A stretch of 64,000 nucleotides of DNA from Salpingoeca rosetta (GCA_033442325.1 JAWQFM010000031.1:655497-719496); one strand, 5' to 3'. Positions 46,517-58,318 are shown, numbered from the stretch's first letter. Notes: a model not told the origin generated them from the letters alone. A program made the numbers and translations.

Positions 46517-47818
46517 TTAGGCTTCCTCCTGTTCCTGTTGGTCTTCTGTCCCTGCCTGCTTGCCCTCACAGTGCTGCTCTGTACGTCGATTGTCTTTCTC
46601 AACTGTTTTCGCTCTCCCGCCAACTCCCTCTGCCTCTTCGCTATCATCCACCTGCACTCTGTCACCGTGAGCATGGTCATCGCTATCACCATCAGCGTCG
46701 TCATCAACAGCAGCGTCGCTATCACCATCAGCGTCATCGTCGTCGTCATCAGCGTGGTGGTCGTTCCTGCTGCCACCACCGCTCAGGATGCTGGAGAGCT
46801 GCTTCAGCACACTCGACCCCATGTTCTCCACAGAGAGGCCAATGTTGAGGGCGGCGCTCGTGTGGGTGAGCGCGCGGTCAAAGTCATCTGCCATGGTTGC
46901 CTGGGCGCTCGTCTTGGTCGTTGCGGCATCGCGCAGCTGCTTGCACAGGATGTCCAGCTGCTGCTTCTGCCGCGTGTCCATGTCCGCCAGCCCGTTCGGT
47001 AGGCCCTCGTCCATGCGCTGAATGTACGCCGCGTGCTGCTGCGCAATCGCGTGCAGGCTTGCCTCAGCCTCCATGCACGCGTGTGCGTCTTGCTGCAGCG
47101 CGTCGATCAGCCCTTTGGCGTACACCGCGTGCTCCCGCAGCTGGATCACCTCGCGATACAGGTTAGAGCACACGCTGTGCACGGACTCAACCTGCTTGGT
47201 CTGGGCGCTCTTCTGGCCCTGCAACGACGCCACCGCGCTCGAGTGACGATGCACGGATGTCGCCAGCACCCGCTGCAGTTCTGTCGCCTGCACCGTTCGC
47301 TGCTTGTTGAGCGTCTCGATTGTTGCGCTCTGCTCCGCCACCTTTCCCTCCAAGTGTGCAATGCGCGACAGCAGGTGCCGCACAAACTGGCTCTCCCGCA
47401 TGGAGCCAGGCGCGCTTGTGCCTGGCGAAGATGACGCCATGGGCGATGCCGTCGATCCTACCGTTGCAGACGCAGAGAGCGGCGTCTTGTGGACAGATGC
47501 CGTCGCCGCGGTGAGAAGATGCGCATCAACACCGTCACTGTTGGCGGACACAAGCCCGGCAACCAGTTGTTGTTGTTGTTGTTGTTGTTGTTGGTGGTGG
47601 TGGTACTGTTGGTGGTGGTGTGAAGGTGTGCGCCTCTTGCTACCGCTACTGGTGCTGGTGTTGGTGCTGGTGCTGCTGCCGGTGCCCGGGCCAGACCGGC
47701 GGCGCACAGATATGCTTCGCAGCCGCACCTCCAAGTCATCACCACCACCACCAAGTGCTGGTGTGGACGACGGCACGCTTGGTGTGGCTGGAGCTGGTTC
47801 GTCGCCCATAATTCGCAT
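46517..47818 (-). CDS. Uncharacterised coiled-coil protein with low-complexity N-terminus and acidic tail
   Basis: Open frame from ATG 47818/47809. Heptad-like LLSRIAHLEGKVAEQSATIETLNKQ... segment; codon usage like neighbouring genes. Confidence 0.7.
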   Translation of the reverse strand: MRIMGDEPAPATPSVPSSTPALGGGGDDLEVRLRSISVRRRSGPGTGSSTSTNTSTSSGSKRRTPSHHHQQYHHHQQQQQQQQQLVAGLVSANSDGVDAHLLTAATASVHKTPLSASATVGSTASPMASSSPGTSAPGSMRESQFVRHLLSRIAHLEGKVAEQSATIETLNKQRTVQATELQRVLATSVHRHSSAVASLQGQKSAQTKQVESVHSVCSNLYREVIQLREHAVYAKGLIDALQQDAHACMEAEASLHAIAQQHAAYIQRMDEGLPNGLADMDTRQKQQLDILCKQLRDAATTKTSAQATMADDFDRALTHTSAALNIGLSVENMGSSVLKQLSSILSGGGSRNDHHADDDDDDADGDSDAAVDDDADGDSDDHAHGDRVQVDDSEEAEGVGGRAKTVEKDNRRTEQHCEGKQAGTEDQQEQEEA

Positions 47819-48049
47819 TCGACAGCACAAAAAAAATAGAGCAGCAGGGCTTGCTTGCGTGCAGGCACACACACACAGGCAGTTTGTTTTGGTTTGGTTG
47901 TTGGGTTTCAGTCTTCTCAGTGAGCGTGAGCGTGTGGGCGCGGAAGGTGAACTTAGGAACTTCAAACCAAGCCCTCCCTTCCAAGCAGCAAGCAGGCTTC
48001 CATCTTTCTTTGTTTGTCGCGCCCAGACATACACCCACGCATCGCCACC

Positions 48050-48608
48050 ATGGCGAACAACAACAACGACAACAACAACGAGCAATATGCCTTTTACATC
48101 TCAATGAGTCGCGCAAAAGAAGATGAGCATGATGCGCTGACGCTGAAGACCAAGGCGACGACGCTGAAGACCACACTAGAAAGTTCACCGCGCGTGTTGT
48201 CCGTGTTCCTGCCTACTCAAGCTCAAACAGAAGAATCGGCGAGAGAAGCCCTGCAACAGTGCAGTACGGTCATTGTGTTGGCGACAAGCAAGTATGGAAA
48301 GGAGTCAACCAATGGACAGGAGAAGCCAGCTACTGGATGGACCTCGCGGGGCGAGCTGGAGTTCTTGAAGCAGAACATGCACAAGCCACGTGTGCTCGTG
48401 AAGGTGCACGATGATCAGTGGCTTCCAGCCAATGTTCGCGAGCTTGCTGGAGGAACAAATGAGGTGCGGTGGAAAGTGACAACGGGAGATGCTGACGCCG
48501 TGCGTGCCCACCTGTCCAAGGTCGTAAACTTCATTCTCAATCCCCATGAAAATCAGCAGCAGGTGAGGTTGTGTGTGCATGCAAGTGTGCGTGTGCGTGT
48601 GCGTGTGC

Positions 48609-48660
<52 letters not shown>

Positions 48661-51600
48661 GACTGCTTGTCTTGTGTGAGACGAGCGAGTGACCTGTGAG
48701 CCTTGTGAGCGCGTGGTGTCGTTGTCATTGTTGTGCGCTTGTTGCTTCGTTGTCATCATCTCATCGCCGCAATCTGGCGCCTACGCCTCGTTTGATTTGA
48801 CAAACGTCAGCCTGCCGAGGCGTATGGAGTGCAACCAATGCAGCTCCCCCAGCAACCACAACAGCCAGAGCAACCACAGCCACATCAACACAAGCAGCTG
48901 AAGCAACAACAACCAAAGCAACCGCAGCCGCAGCCGCAGCCGCAGACACAGCAGCCGAAGCAGCAGCCGAAGCAACTACAACCAAAGCAACCGCAACCGC
49001 AGCCGCAGCCGCAGCCGCAGACACAACAGCACAAGCAGCCCAAAAAACAGCAACAGCAGCAACAGCCGCCACAGCCACAACCGAAGCAGCAGCCGAAGAA
49101 ACAACCGAAGCAGCCGCAGCAGCAACCACAGCCGCCACCACACAAACAATCACAGCAACCACAGAAGCCACAACCACATCCGAAGCAGCCACCACACAAA
49201 CAATCACAGCAGCAACAGCCGCCACAGCCACATCCGAAGCAGCCACCACACAAAAAATCACAGCAACAACAGCCGCCACAGCAACAACAGCCGCCACAAC
49301 CACATCCGAAGCAACTGCAGCAACACGAGCAGCCACACAAACAATCACAGCAACCACAGAAGCCACAGCCACAACCGACGCAGCAGCCGAAGAAACAACC
49401 AAAGCAGCCGCAGAAGCCGCAGCCACTACACCAACTGAAGCAGCCACCACACAAACAATCACAGCAACCACAGAAGCCACAGCCACAACCGACGCAGCAG
49501 CCGAAGAAACAACCAAAGCAGCCGCAGAAGCCGCAGCCACACAAACAATCACAGCAACCACAGAAGCCACAGCCACAACCGACGCAGCAGCCGAAGAAAC
49601 AACCAAAGCAGCCTCAGCAGCCCCAGCAAAAGCCAAAGCAGCTACACCACAACAAGCAGTCGCAGCAACAACAAGGACACATGAAGCCAACACCATCTGC
49701 AAGCGTCCAACTTGCTTGTGTTGGTGCCTTCGTTGGCCTGCTGCTCCTTGTGGTCTCCTTGTGGTACTTGCTCGCGGCACCCGGTCACCTGGAGAACTTT
49801 GATTGCCGAAACGCAACCAACGTTGCGTACTTTCTCGAGCGTGGGCTCACGGAGGCAGGCGACGTGCTGGACTGCAACTGTATAACGTTCAGTCAGCTCA
49901 AACGCGTGCACGGGGACGTCACCATTGTAGCTGGCGTGACAGCCGTCAACTTTGGCTCAATCACTGCAGTCGGTGGCGCCATCACTGGCTGGGACGCAAG
50001 GGCGCTGGAACAGGTTGACTTTGGCGACCTGCGCGTGGTGGGCGAGCACGTCCAACTCCGCACGGATGCGCTCACGCAATTTCGCCTCGAAAACATCGAG
50101 AGGATTGGCGGAACCCTGGATCTGAGACGCAACCCCCTCGTCTCCATCGACTTTGGCGCCCTTTCCACGGTGGGCGGGTCGCTTCGTCTGGGGCGAACAG
50201 CTTTGGACACCATCGACCTGAGCAACGTCACGTACATTGGCGGGTCACTGCACTTGGACCACAACCCGCGATTAACGCGAGCGTACTTCGGGAAGCTGGC
50301 CAAGTTTCACCATGACGTGGATCTGTCGCGCACCAACATCACCAGCATTAGCTTCGCCGGTGCAGCAGGCCATGGGCCGCATCATCTTACACCACTGCCC
50401 TGCCCTCACCCACATCGACATGGGAAACATATCGCTGATTGGGCACGACCTGCTGCTTGCTGACACCGCCGTCACATCGGTCCACCTCCAAAAGGTTCAG
50501 CGAGTCGGGGGCTCCATCAACATGGAGAACAACCCGCGTCTCAGGTACATTGACTTTGGCAACTTGGCATACATCCACGAGCGGCTCGACATCAGCAACA
50601 CCAGCGTGCGCAAGTTCCGCTTCGACGACGTCAGCTTCGTTGGGGGGCACATGCACTTTGCAAACAACCCGCACCTCGTCACCGTCCACTTTGGGAACCG
50701 CCTCACATCTTACAAGGGCTGCCTGTGCATTGATAGCCCTGCCCTCAGGTGGGTGAACTTTGGCGCCATCACCACCGTCAAAGGCGACATTGACATTGCT
50801 TCCTCGGATCTTCTTCTGGAAGTCAACTTCCGTGGCGTCAGGAGCGTAGCAGGCCACGTCATCCTCACGGGCGAGGTCTTTCGAGTTGACTTTGGTCACA
50901 TCACTCACATCGGCGGCCACGCACGGCTGCGCAGCCCACGACTGAATACAGTTGTTGGCTGGGACCTTGCCACGATCAACGGAGACCTGCAGCTGGTGGC
51001 GGCTGCCATTTCGCAACTGGAGCTGCCGCAGTTGTCCCACGTGGCGGGCGGGTTGTATCTGGCACACAACGGCCTGACCAGAGTACAGTTCCCACAGTTG
51101 TCACGGGTAGGCGGTCACATTCGCCTGGGGAACAACAGCTTAACGCATGTTCACTTTGGTGGCTTGGCACACGTTAGCGGGCACCTTGATCTCTCCAGCA
51201 ACAAGATGGTGCGGATCAGCTTCGGCAACATTGCACATGTCGGTGGCACCCTCAACATCTCCCACAACCCGTTGCAGGTCGTGAACACCGGCCACCTTCA
51301 GCACGTGAGCAGGGACGTTCTGGTGACCTCTGAAACGTTGGTTGCGCTGGAGCTGAGTCAGCTCACGCACGTGGGTGGTTCGCTCACGGTGGTGGCGGAG
51401 AACCTGGTCACCATGAACTTTGGCGCGTTGACGAGCGTCAACCACAGCCTCATCATCGCCGTGCACAAGCTGCCCCATCTCAGTTTTGGTACCATCCGCA
51501 CTGTTGGGCGAGACCTCTTCATCGTTGGGCACAAGTGGGCGCGTGGCGGGTTTGCGTTGCACTTCCTGAGCATGCTCTACTTTGACTTTGGCGGCGACCA

Positions 51601-51787
51601 TTTGTCCAGCGTGGACGTGGGCAGCATCGAGCATGTTGGTGGCGACATTGTGGTGGGCGCCAACGGGCTCACCACCATCGATGCAGCCTCCATCAAGCAC
51701 GTGGCTGGCAGCGTTCGTGTCCTTTCAACTCCCTGGATGAATTACGTCATGACCCGTGTTGGATCCGCCTTTGGGCTCGGGCCCTAG
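48050..51787 (+). CDS. TIR-like domain - Q/P/K-rich linker - TM - LRR/receptor-L-domain repeat protein (type II receptor); frameshift at about 50359
   Basis: Exon 1, 48050-48562 (GCCACCATGG context, 171 codons, CAG|GTGAG), encodes YAFYISMS..SVFL..AREALQQCSTVIVLATSKYG..WTSRGELEF..KPRVLVKV (TIR_2-like pattern). Phase-0 acceptor at 48811. TM LACVGAFVGLLLLVVSLWYLLA at about 49711-49776. Many 22-23-aa LxxIDFGxLxxVGGxLxLxxN repeats continue across two frames. Confidence 0.72.
48838..49680 (+). repeat. Gln/Pro/Lys-rich coding minisatellite with near-identical units (HKQSQQPQKPQPQPTQQPKKQPKQP x3)
   Basis: Nucleotide unit ccacacaaacaatcacagcaaccacagaagccacagccacaaccgacgcagcagccgaagaaacaaccaaagcagcc recurs three times between about 49330 and 49615. 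Confidence 0.9.
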
Positions 51788-52296
51788 CTAAGCTCTGCGG
51801 GAATGGCGGGAATCTTGTCTGGGAATGGCCAAGTTGTTCTTGCAAACAAAGAACAAGACAGCTACACATGTGTAGAATAAGAGAATAAAAAGAGCGACGT
51901 CATCTGTGATGTGTTGGGTGTGCACGCGTGCAAGTAGGGCTATGCGTTTTCGCGGTTCGGTGTGTGAGTTAATAAGTATGGGGTTGTGTGTGCGTGCTGG
52001 TGCGTTGCTGCGTGCGCCATTCGCTATTGGCAGTTCGTGTATGAAGGGGCCACGAACGAAACGTCCACATAGTCTGCGGGCTGTTCAGTAAAACAACACC
52101 CTTGTGCAATCTCACATGATTTGAATGAACACGACGCATGGGTGGGAGGCAGAAAGCAACGGTACACGAAAAGAGAACATGATCGTGAGAAGAGGGGAGG
52201 TGGGAAAGCAAAGAAGAAGGAAGTGGCCCTACATGGCTGATTCACGAAATTGGCAAGAAAACAACACAAACACGAAAACAACAGTGGCAGGAAGTA

Positions 52297-54836
52297 CTAA
52301 GGAGTCAACGCGGGCAGCTCGTCAGCCTGCTGTTTGGTTGCACAAAGGAAGCGCAGAACCAGGTTGCGTCGTGCGGAAGAGGATTGATACACAAGCTGCG
52401 CCGACAAAAACCGAAGCAAGAGGTTGTTTATCGTCGGGACATCTTGGCTTGGTGATGTTGCGTGAGACTGCTGTTGCCCGAGTTGCATTTCAAGCAACAT
52501 CCATTGTGCACTTGTGGTAACTCGGTGGTGTGGCCCAAGAGTGGACCGCAAAATTGGAAGTGCCTTGCTTAGGAAGTGACGGGCGCTGTCGTACTCTCCA
52601 GTTTTGAAATATGCACTGCCGAGGTTGTGGAATACACTTGCCGTGTCTGGGTGATTGTCACCGTGCGTGTCCGGTAGTATCTGCAGGCGCTTGTTGAAAT
52701 ACTTGATCGCACTGACGTATTCACCAGTCTTCATGTATGCCTGGCCTAAAATGAGTAAGGTCTTGTCCGTGAGTGGGTGCGCACCCAACTTGAGCTCGTA
52801 GATATTGAGAGCCTCCTTGCAGCTCTTGATTGCACGGACATAGTCGCCTGTCTTGAAATAAACGTCTCCCAGGCACCCATATGTGCCTGCGATATCAGCG
52901 TCACTATCGCCCGGTGCGTCCAAAAAAGCCTCGAGCGCCTGAGTGAGGTGTTGGATCGCTTGATCATACTCTTTGTGGCTGGCGTACGCGGCTCCCAAGC
53001 GACCCTGTGACGCTGCTATTGCTTGTGAACTCTCGCCAGGCATTCGCTTACTCAGTAGCCATGCATTGCGAAAGGCGACAATTGCCAAGTCATGCCTGCC
53101 ACTTTCGTCATACACGTCGCCCAATTCGTGGTACGCAGCAGCCGTGGCTGGGTGCTCCTCGCCCAGTGCTTTCACCCTAACCGCCTGTGCCTTCTGAAAG
53201 TACATTGCTGCGCGGTCGATCTGGCCTCTGCTCTTGTACACGTCGCCCAATTCGTGGTACGCAGCAGCCGTGTCTGGGTGCTCCTCGCCCAGTGCTTTCA
53301 CCCTAACCGCCTGTGCCTTCTGAAAGTACATTGCTGCGCGGTCGATCTGGCCTCTGCTCTTGTACACCTCGCCCAAGCTGTGGTATGTCTTTGCTTTCGA
53401 CAAATTATCCTCTTTCAGCTTGGTTTCTATCTTTGCGGCTTTGTGCAGCTGCTTGAGTGCGTTCTCGTCATCCCCTATTTTGAAATACACGAGGCCCAGG
53501 TTGTGGTACGTGCATGCAGTGTCGGGGTGGTCTGGCCCAAGCTTCTTGATGCGAACCTCGAGCGCCTTCTTGTAATGCTTGATCGCTCGATCGTGTTCCC
53601 CTTTGTTGTCGTACAGGTGGCCCAGGTTGTGTTCCGTTGCTGCGGTGTCCGCGTGGTCGTCACTCAGCTTGTCGGCTTTGATATTCAGGCTCTTCTTGAA
53701 GTATTTTTCGGCTTGGACGTAGTTGCCTCTGCTGTTGTACATTTGTCCCAGATTGTTGTACGTGCTTGCTGTGTCTGGGTGGTTCTCACCGAGCTCCCTC
53801 ACCCGAATTGACAGAGCTTTCTGATAGTAGCTGTCCGCGGTATCACAGTCTCCCTTGTCGTGATGTGCCAGGCCCAGGCTGTGGTATGTTGTGGCGGTGT
53901 CTGTGTGCTCCTCGCCAAGGGTGCGGCGCTGGATTTCAAAGGCCGTCTCAAAGTTCTTGATCGCCTCGTCGTACTTGCTTTGATGGTACCACGCTTTACC
54001 GAGGCCGTGGTAGGTGTTTGCTGTGGATGGATGGTCGTGACCAAAAGTGCTCTCCTTAATCTTCAGAACTTCCTGAAGGAGTTCGATTGCGCGATCATAC
54101 TTGCCCTTGTTGACATACGCGCGCGCCAAAGTGTTGTTGACTTGTGCTGTGTTGGGATGAGTGTCTCCGACGGTGTCACGACAATAGGCCAGGCAGCTGT
54201 TGAAGAAGTCCTCTGCTGCGTCATGCTCTCCAAAGTACGCCATGACCAGGCCGACGTGGTTGCACAACGTTGCAAACTGGTGTGTGTTGTTATCCCCAAC
54301 CTGCTCAGCCTCCTCCACGAATGACCTTGCCATGGCAAGGCACCATTCTCGCAGCTGCCCTTTCACAGCCTTGTTCAAGCGTAGGAAGCCAACGCCGTCC
54401 CTAATCGCCTTGAAGATCATCTCCTTGTCCTCTTCCTTGAATGCGCTGGCCTTCTCTGCTTGCACCGCCACCAGCATGTTCGTGATTGCCCTGTGGTCTT
54501 CAAGCACAGCTTCCCTCAGCTTCATGCGCTGGTGCTGCGGCAGCCTGATCTCCAATTCAACGTGGCTTTCCTGGCTGATGGCGCAGAAGATCTCCCACAG
54601 GCACCACGCGCGTGTCAGTGCGATGGGGTTGTTCCATGGCGTCAACACCAGCAGCACATTGCCAATGGATGCAATGGCACTCTTGAAGGTCGTGCTCCAC
54701 CTTGTCATGTGCATGAAGGGGGGGATCAAGCGTGCGAGAGTGAATAAGCATGTTCGTTTGTTTGTGTGCTGTATGTATGCATGTGTGTGTATGCATGTGT
54801 GTGGATGCATGCGCGCGCGTGTGTGTGTTCGTGAGA

Positions 54837-54915
<79 letters not shown>

Positions 54916-55547
54916 TGTGTGTGTGTGTGTGTGTGTGGTGATGTGAACTTGGGTTTTCTTGCCATCGCAAGTGTCAGAATGCCAGAATGCGCGCGGCTGA
55001 AATCAAACAAAACCCTTCGTCAGCGTGCTGCTGTGACACCATTTCGCTGTTGTGCTGGTATGCCACACCACACACTTAGCAACCAGGGCAGTCACCCCTT
55101 GTCGCTGACTCACCAGTCGTCAGGAAGCGTGGCTTTCACATCCTCGTGCTGGTTGATCGAGAGAATGTCTAACCAGAAGAACGTCGCTTCCTTGGTTCTG
55201 TCTTCATCCGTGTGCTTCTCCTTCGCCTCCTCGGCGTACTCCAGCATGGCGGTGAGGACGTCAAAAATCTTGTACTGCCACGCGTGCGACACGAACACCG
55301 TGGCTGGTCCCACCTCCTCAGGTTTTTTTTTGCGCAGCCGGTCGACGTAGGAGCACTTCCATTCCTTTGTGAGGTGGAGCACAAGCTTGTTGCACGCCTG
55401 ACGTGTGGTGAGCTCCTCATAGTTGTTGGGATAATAATCCTTCAGCAGTGCCATGAGCCGCTTGATCCCTTCGACCGACACCCCGGCCATGCACATGGCG
55501 GCGCCTGCCATTGTTGGTGCGCTTGCAGTTGGCTTTGGATCGGACAT
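52297..55547 (-). CDS. HET/TIR-like N-terminal domain + array of 42-aa kinesin-light-chain-type TPR repeats (2 exons: 55547-55114, 54700-52297)
   Basis: ATVFVSHAW, FFWLDILSINQH, W|WSTTFKSAI, PWNNPIALTRAWCLWEI. Then repeats of LGEEHPDTAxxYxNLGxxYxxxGxYxxA. Confidence 0.88.
53111..53362 (-). repeat. Near-perfect 126-nt tandem duplication of one TPR unit
   Basis: 53111-53236 and 53237-53362 are identical except one base (HPAT vs HPDT). Confidence 0.92.
54835..54936 (+). repeat. (GA)n-(GT)n compound microsatellite in the TPR gene intron
   Basis: Directly visible. Confidence 0.95.
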
Positions 55548-55895
55548 GGTGGATAGAAGTGCAGGGTTGTCTGTGCTGGGTGAGTTGTCTCTCTGTGGTT
55601 GGGTACTAGGGTTGTTGATGGTCCAGACCTTCTTGCTCGAGTGCTCTTGGGTGTAGGCAAGGGTGGCGTTGAGAGTGGGACTTGAGGAGCTTGCTTGAGC
55701 TGTGTGGGTGTCGTCTACTCGTCGACTCGAGGACTCGTCTCTTCTCTGGTTGAGTGGTTGTAGGGTTGTGGTTCAGATCATGTGCAAGGAAAATGGTGGA
55801 CAGAGCACACTGATTCGCAGCGTTTCTTGTGTGACATGACTGTGCGAAAACGCAGAATATTGAGAATGATGCCCATGATGTTTCTTGCGGAGAAG

Positions 55896-55977
<82 letters not shown>

Positions 55978-55993
55978 GTGCGTGCGTGCGTGC

Positions 55994-56056
<63 letters not shown>

Positions 56057-56669
56057 CCCGCGCTGTCCCCCGCGCCCATCACCATTCTCCCGTTTCAATG
56101 CTTGCCAACGGCAAGCAAAGGAAGCAGCCACGAATATCTAATGCATCGTCCAAGCACAAAAAAGACCACGCGAGCATCAACAGCTATGCACACAAACAAA
56201 AAAAAACACGCACACGTATGAATGGCTAGCATTGCTGAGGGGAAAAAAGTACAACACACGCAAGGCACGAAGGTGCACGCAACAGAAAGCAACAAACAAC
56301 AACAGACAACAGACAACAACAGTGCAACAAGAACGATGACGAGCAACTGGGGGATCGATTACGATGACAAAGTGGACAACCAAGACCAAGAGGACACAAT
56401 GGCAAAGGGACGTGATGTGACATGCCATTGGGCCTCCCTTTCGGAGCGCAACTGAAACATCCGCTCGCAGCAAGGGGGAGGGCAGGGGCACTGCTGACAC
56501 CGGGCAGCAGCAGCGGCAGCGACCAACACGGCAGGACAGCAATCAAACGAAACACGAGGCACAGCACGCAAACGATATTCAACAACGCCACGACAACACA
56601 GAAACGCAACACACCCGTGACAACACACCCAATTCCACGACACAAACAAAGCCGGGAGGGGGTAAGAAG

Positions 56670-56945
56670 TTAGAAGGGGGGCACGTCTGCTGCGCCCTCG
56701 TATGGGGCCGGGACATCGCCCTGGTCCGGGAACTGCTCGTATTGGACCGAGGGGGAGGGGTCGGCCTGGCCCATGTAGTCGTACGTCTCAACCTCGGGCT
56801 CAGACATCTTGCGGAACGAAAAGAACGCAGAGCCCATCTGTCGCATGGATAAGAGAGCGTTGGGGGGAGGAGAGGAGATGTGAGCATGATGTGGTTGTGT
56901 GTGATTGTGTGTGTGTGTGTGTGCGTGCGTGGTTGTGTGTGATTG

Positions 56946-56983
<38 letters not shown>

Positions 56984-58318
56984 AGTTGACATGTGTCGAC
57001 AAAGTTCGCCAAACAAGAACAAGAACAGCAACAAAGAGTAGCAACAGGAACAAGACCAAGAACAAGAGCAAGAGCAAGAGCAAGAGCAAGAGCAAGACCA
57101 TCCCCACCAACTACAACAAGAACAAGGAGAACCACCAACAACGACACCACCGCCACCACCATCGCCCTCGTGCAACGTACCCAGAGGAACCAGCTGAAGA
57201 CGCTGAATGCGACAGCGGAGTTGCCCGCGTTGACGTATTTGTTGGAACCGCTCTTGTTCACCTTGCCCCACTCCGCAGCCAGCACAATCATCGTGATGAA
57301 CCACATCAGCGAGCTGCAGCAAGGAAACGTGTGAATGGGAGGGGTGTGTGTGTCGATGTATGTGTGTGTATGTGTGAGTGTGAATGTGTGTGTATGTGTG
57401 CGTGTGAATGTGGACGTGTGTATGTGTGAGTGCGAATGAGAATGAGATGTGCATATGTGTGTGTATGTGTGAGTGTGAATGTGTGCGTGTGTGTGTGTGA
57501 TGAGCAGAAGAACCTGGCAGCAGAACAGCATGCGTGCCACGAAACTACACAAGCACGGTGGAAAACCCAGTCCATCCACCACACATCCGACACAAATACA
57601 CCGTACACACAGACACAGGCACACACAAAGCCTCCTTACGTCACTCCATCCCCCTTCTCTCCATCTTCTGTGTGTTTGCGCTCACTCACAAGAACGCGTC
57701 GAGACCGAAGACGGCAATGCTGACGACGCGCTGGTTCTGTGCAAAGAGGCTGGAGGTGACCGAGATGAAGCCGACAGCCAGGATGAGGGACGCGGCGATG
57801 AAGGCCATGACACCAATGGCGATACCGAGCCCGTTGGCATCCTCGTTGCTGTTGAAGATACTGCTGCCGCCAACCTTGCCATTGTCAGCAATAACACCAA
57901 ACACAATGATGGCGCACAACTGCACGAGTGCGGTGTTGTGAGTGTGTGCGATTGTATGATTGTGTGTATGATTGTGTGTGTGTGTGTGTGTGGATGCAGG
58001 AGTGAGCGAATGAATGAATACATGCGTGCGTGCATGTGGGCGCAAAGCAAGTGTGCTTGTGTGTTTTTGTGTGCTTTTGTTGTTGCATTGCAGAGGCAGG
58101 GTGGACAGATGGTTGCCTCTCTCTCTCTCTCCCTCTCTCCAGCCAGCGTGTGGTAGCTGTCCACGCAACCGAGCAAAACGGACACAAGAAGTCACCATCG
58201 CATTCAAACGCTCAAGTCACCCGTCTCCCCCTCTTCTCTCTCTCAGTGAAGGACTCACAATCTCCAACATCCGTAGGATGGTGGCGGGCTGGAGGAAGAA
58301 GGACTGAGCCGCAGTCAT
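56670..58318 (-). CDS. MARVEL-domain protein, synaptogyrin-like (4 exons)
   Basis: MTAAQSFFLQPATILRMLEI|LCAIIVFGVI..IFNSNEDANGLGIAIGVMAF..|SLMWFITMIVLAAEW..AGNSAVAFSVFSWFLW|MGSAFFSFRK.. followed by a Tyr/Pro-containing tail; four TMs. Confidence 0.78.

Noticed and set aside
48761-49816. Antisense Val/Ala-rich 'multi-TM' ORF and Cys/Gly-rich 'metallothionein-like' ORF (48885-49544)
   Set aside because: Reverse-complement shadows of the CAG/CCG/AAG coding minisatellite of the + strand receptor.
53111-53362. Direct repeats as a possible CRISPR array or transposon ends
   Set aside because: No spacers; in-frame 126-nt protein repeat. No transposase, RT or terminal repeats were recognised anywhere in the window.
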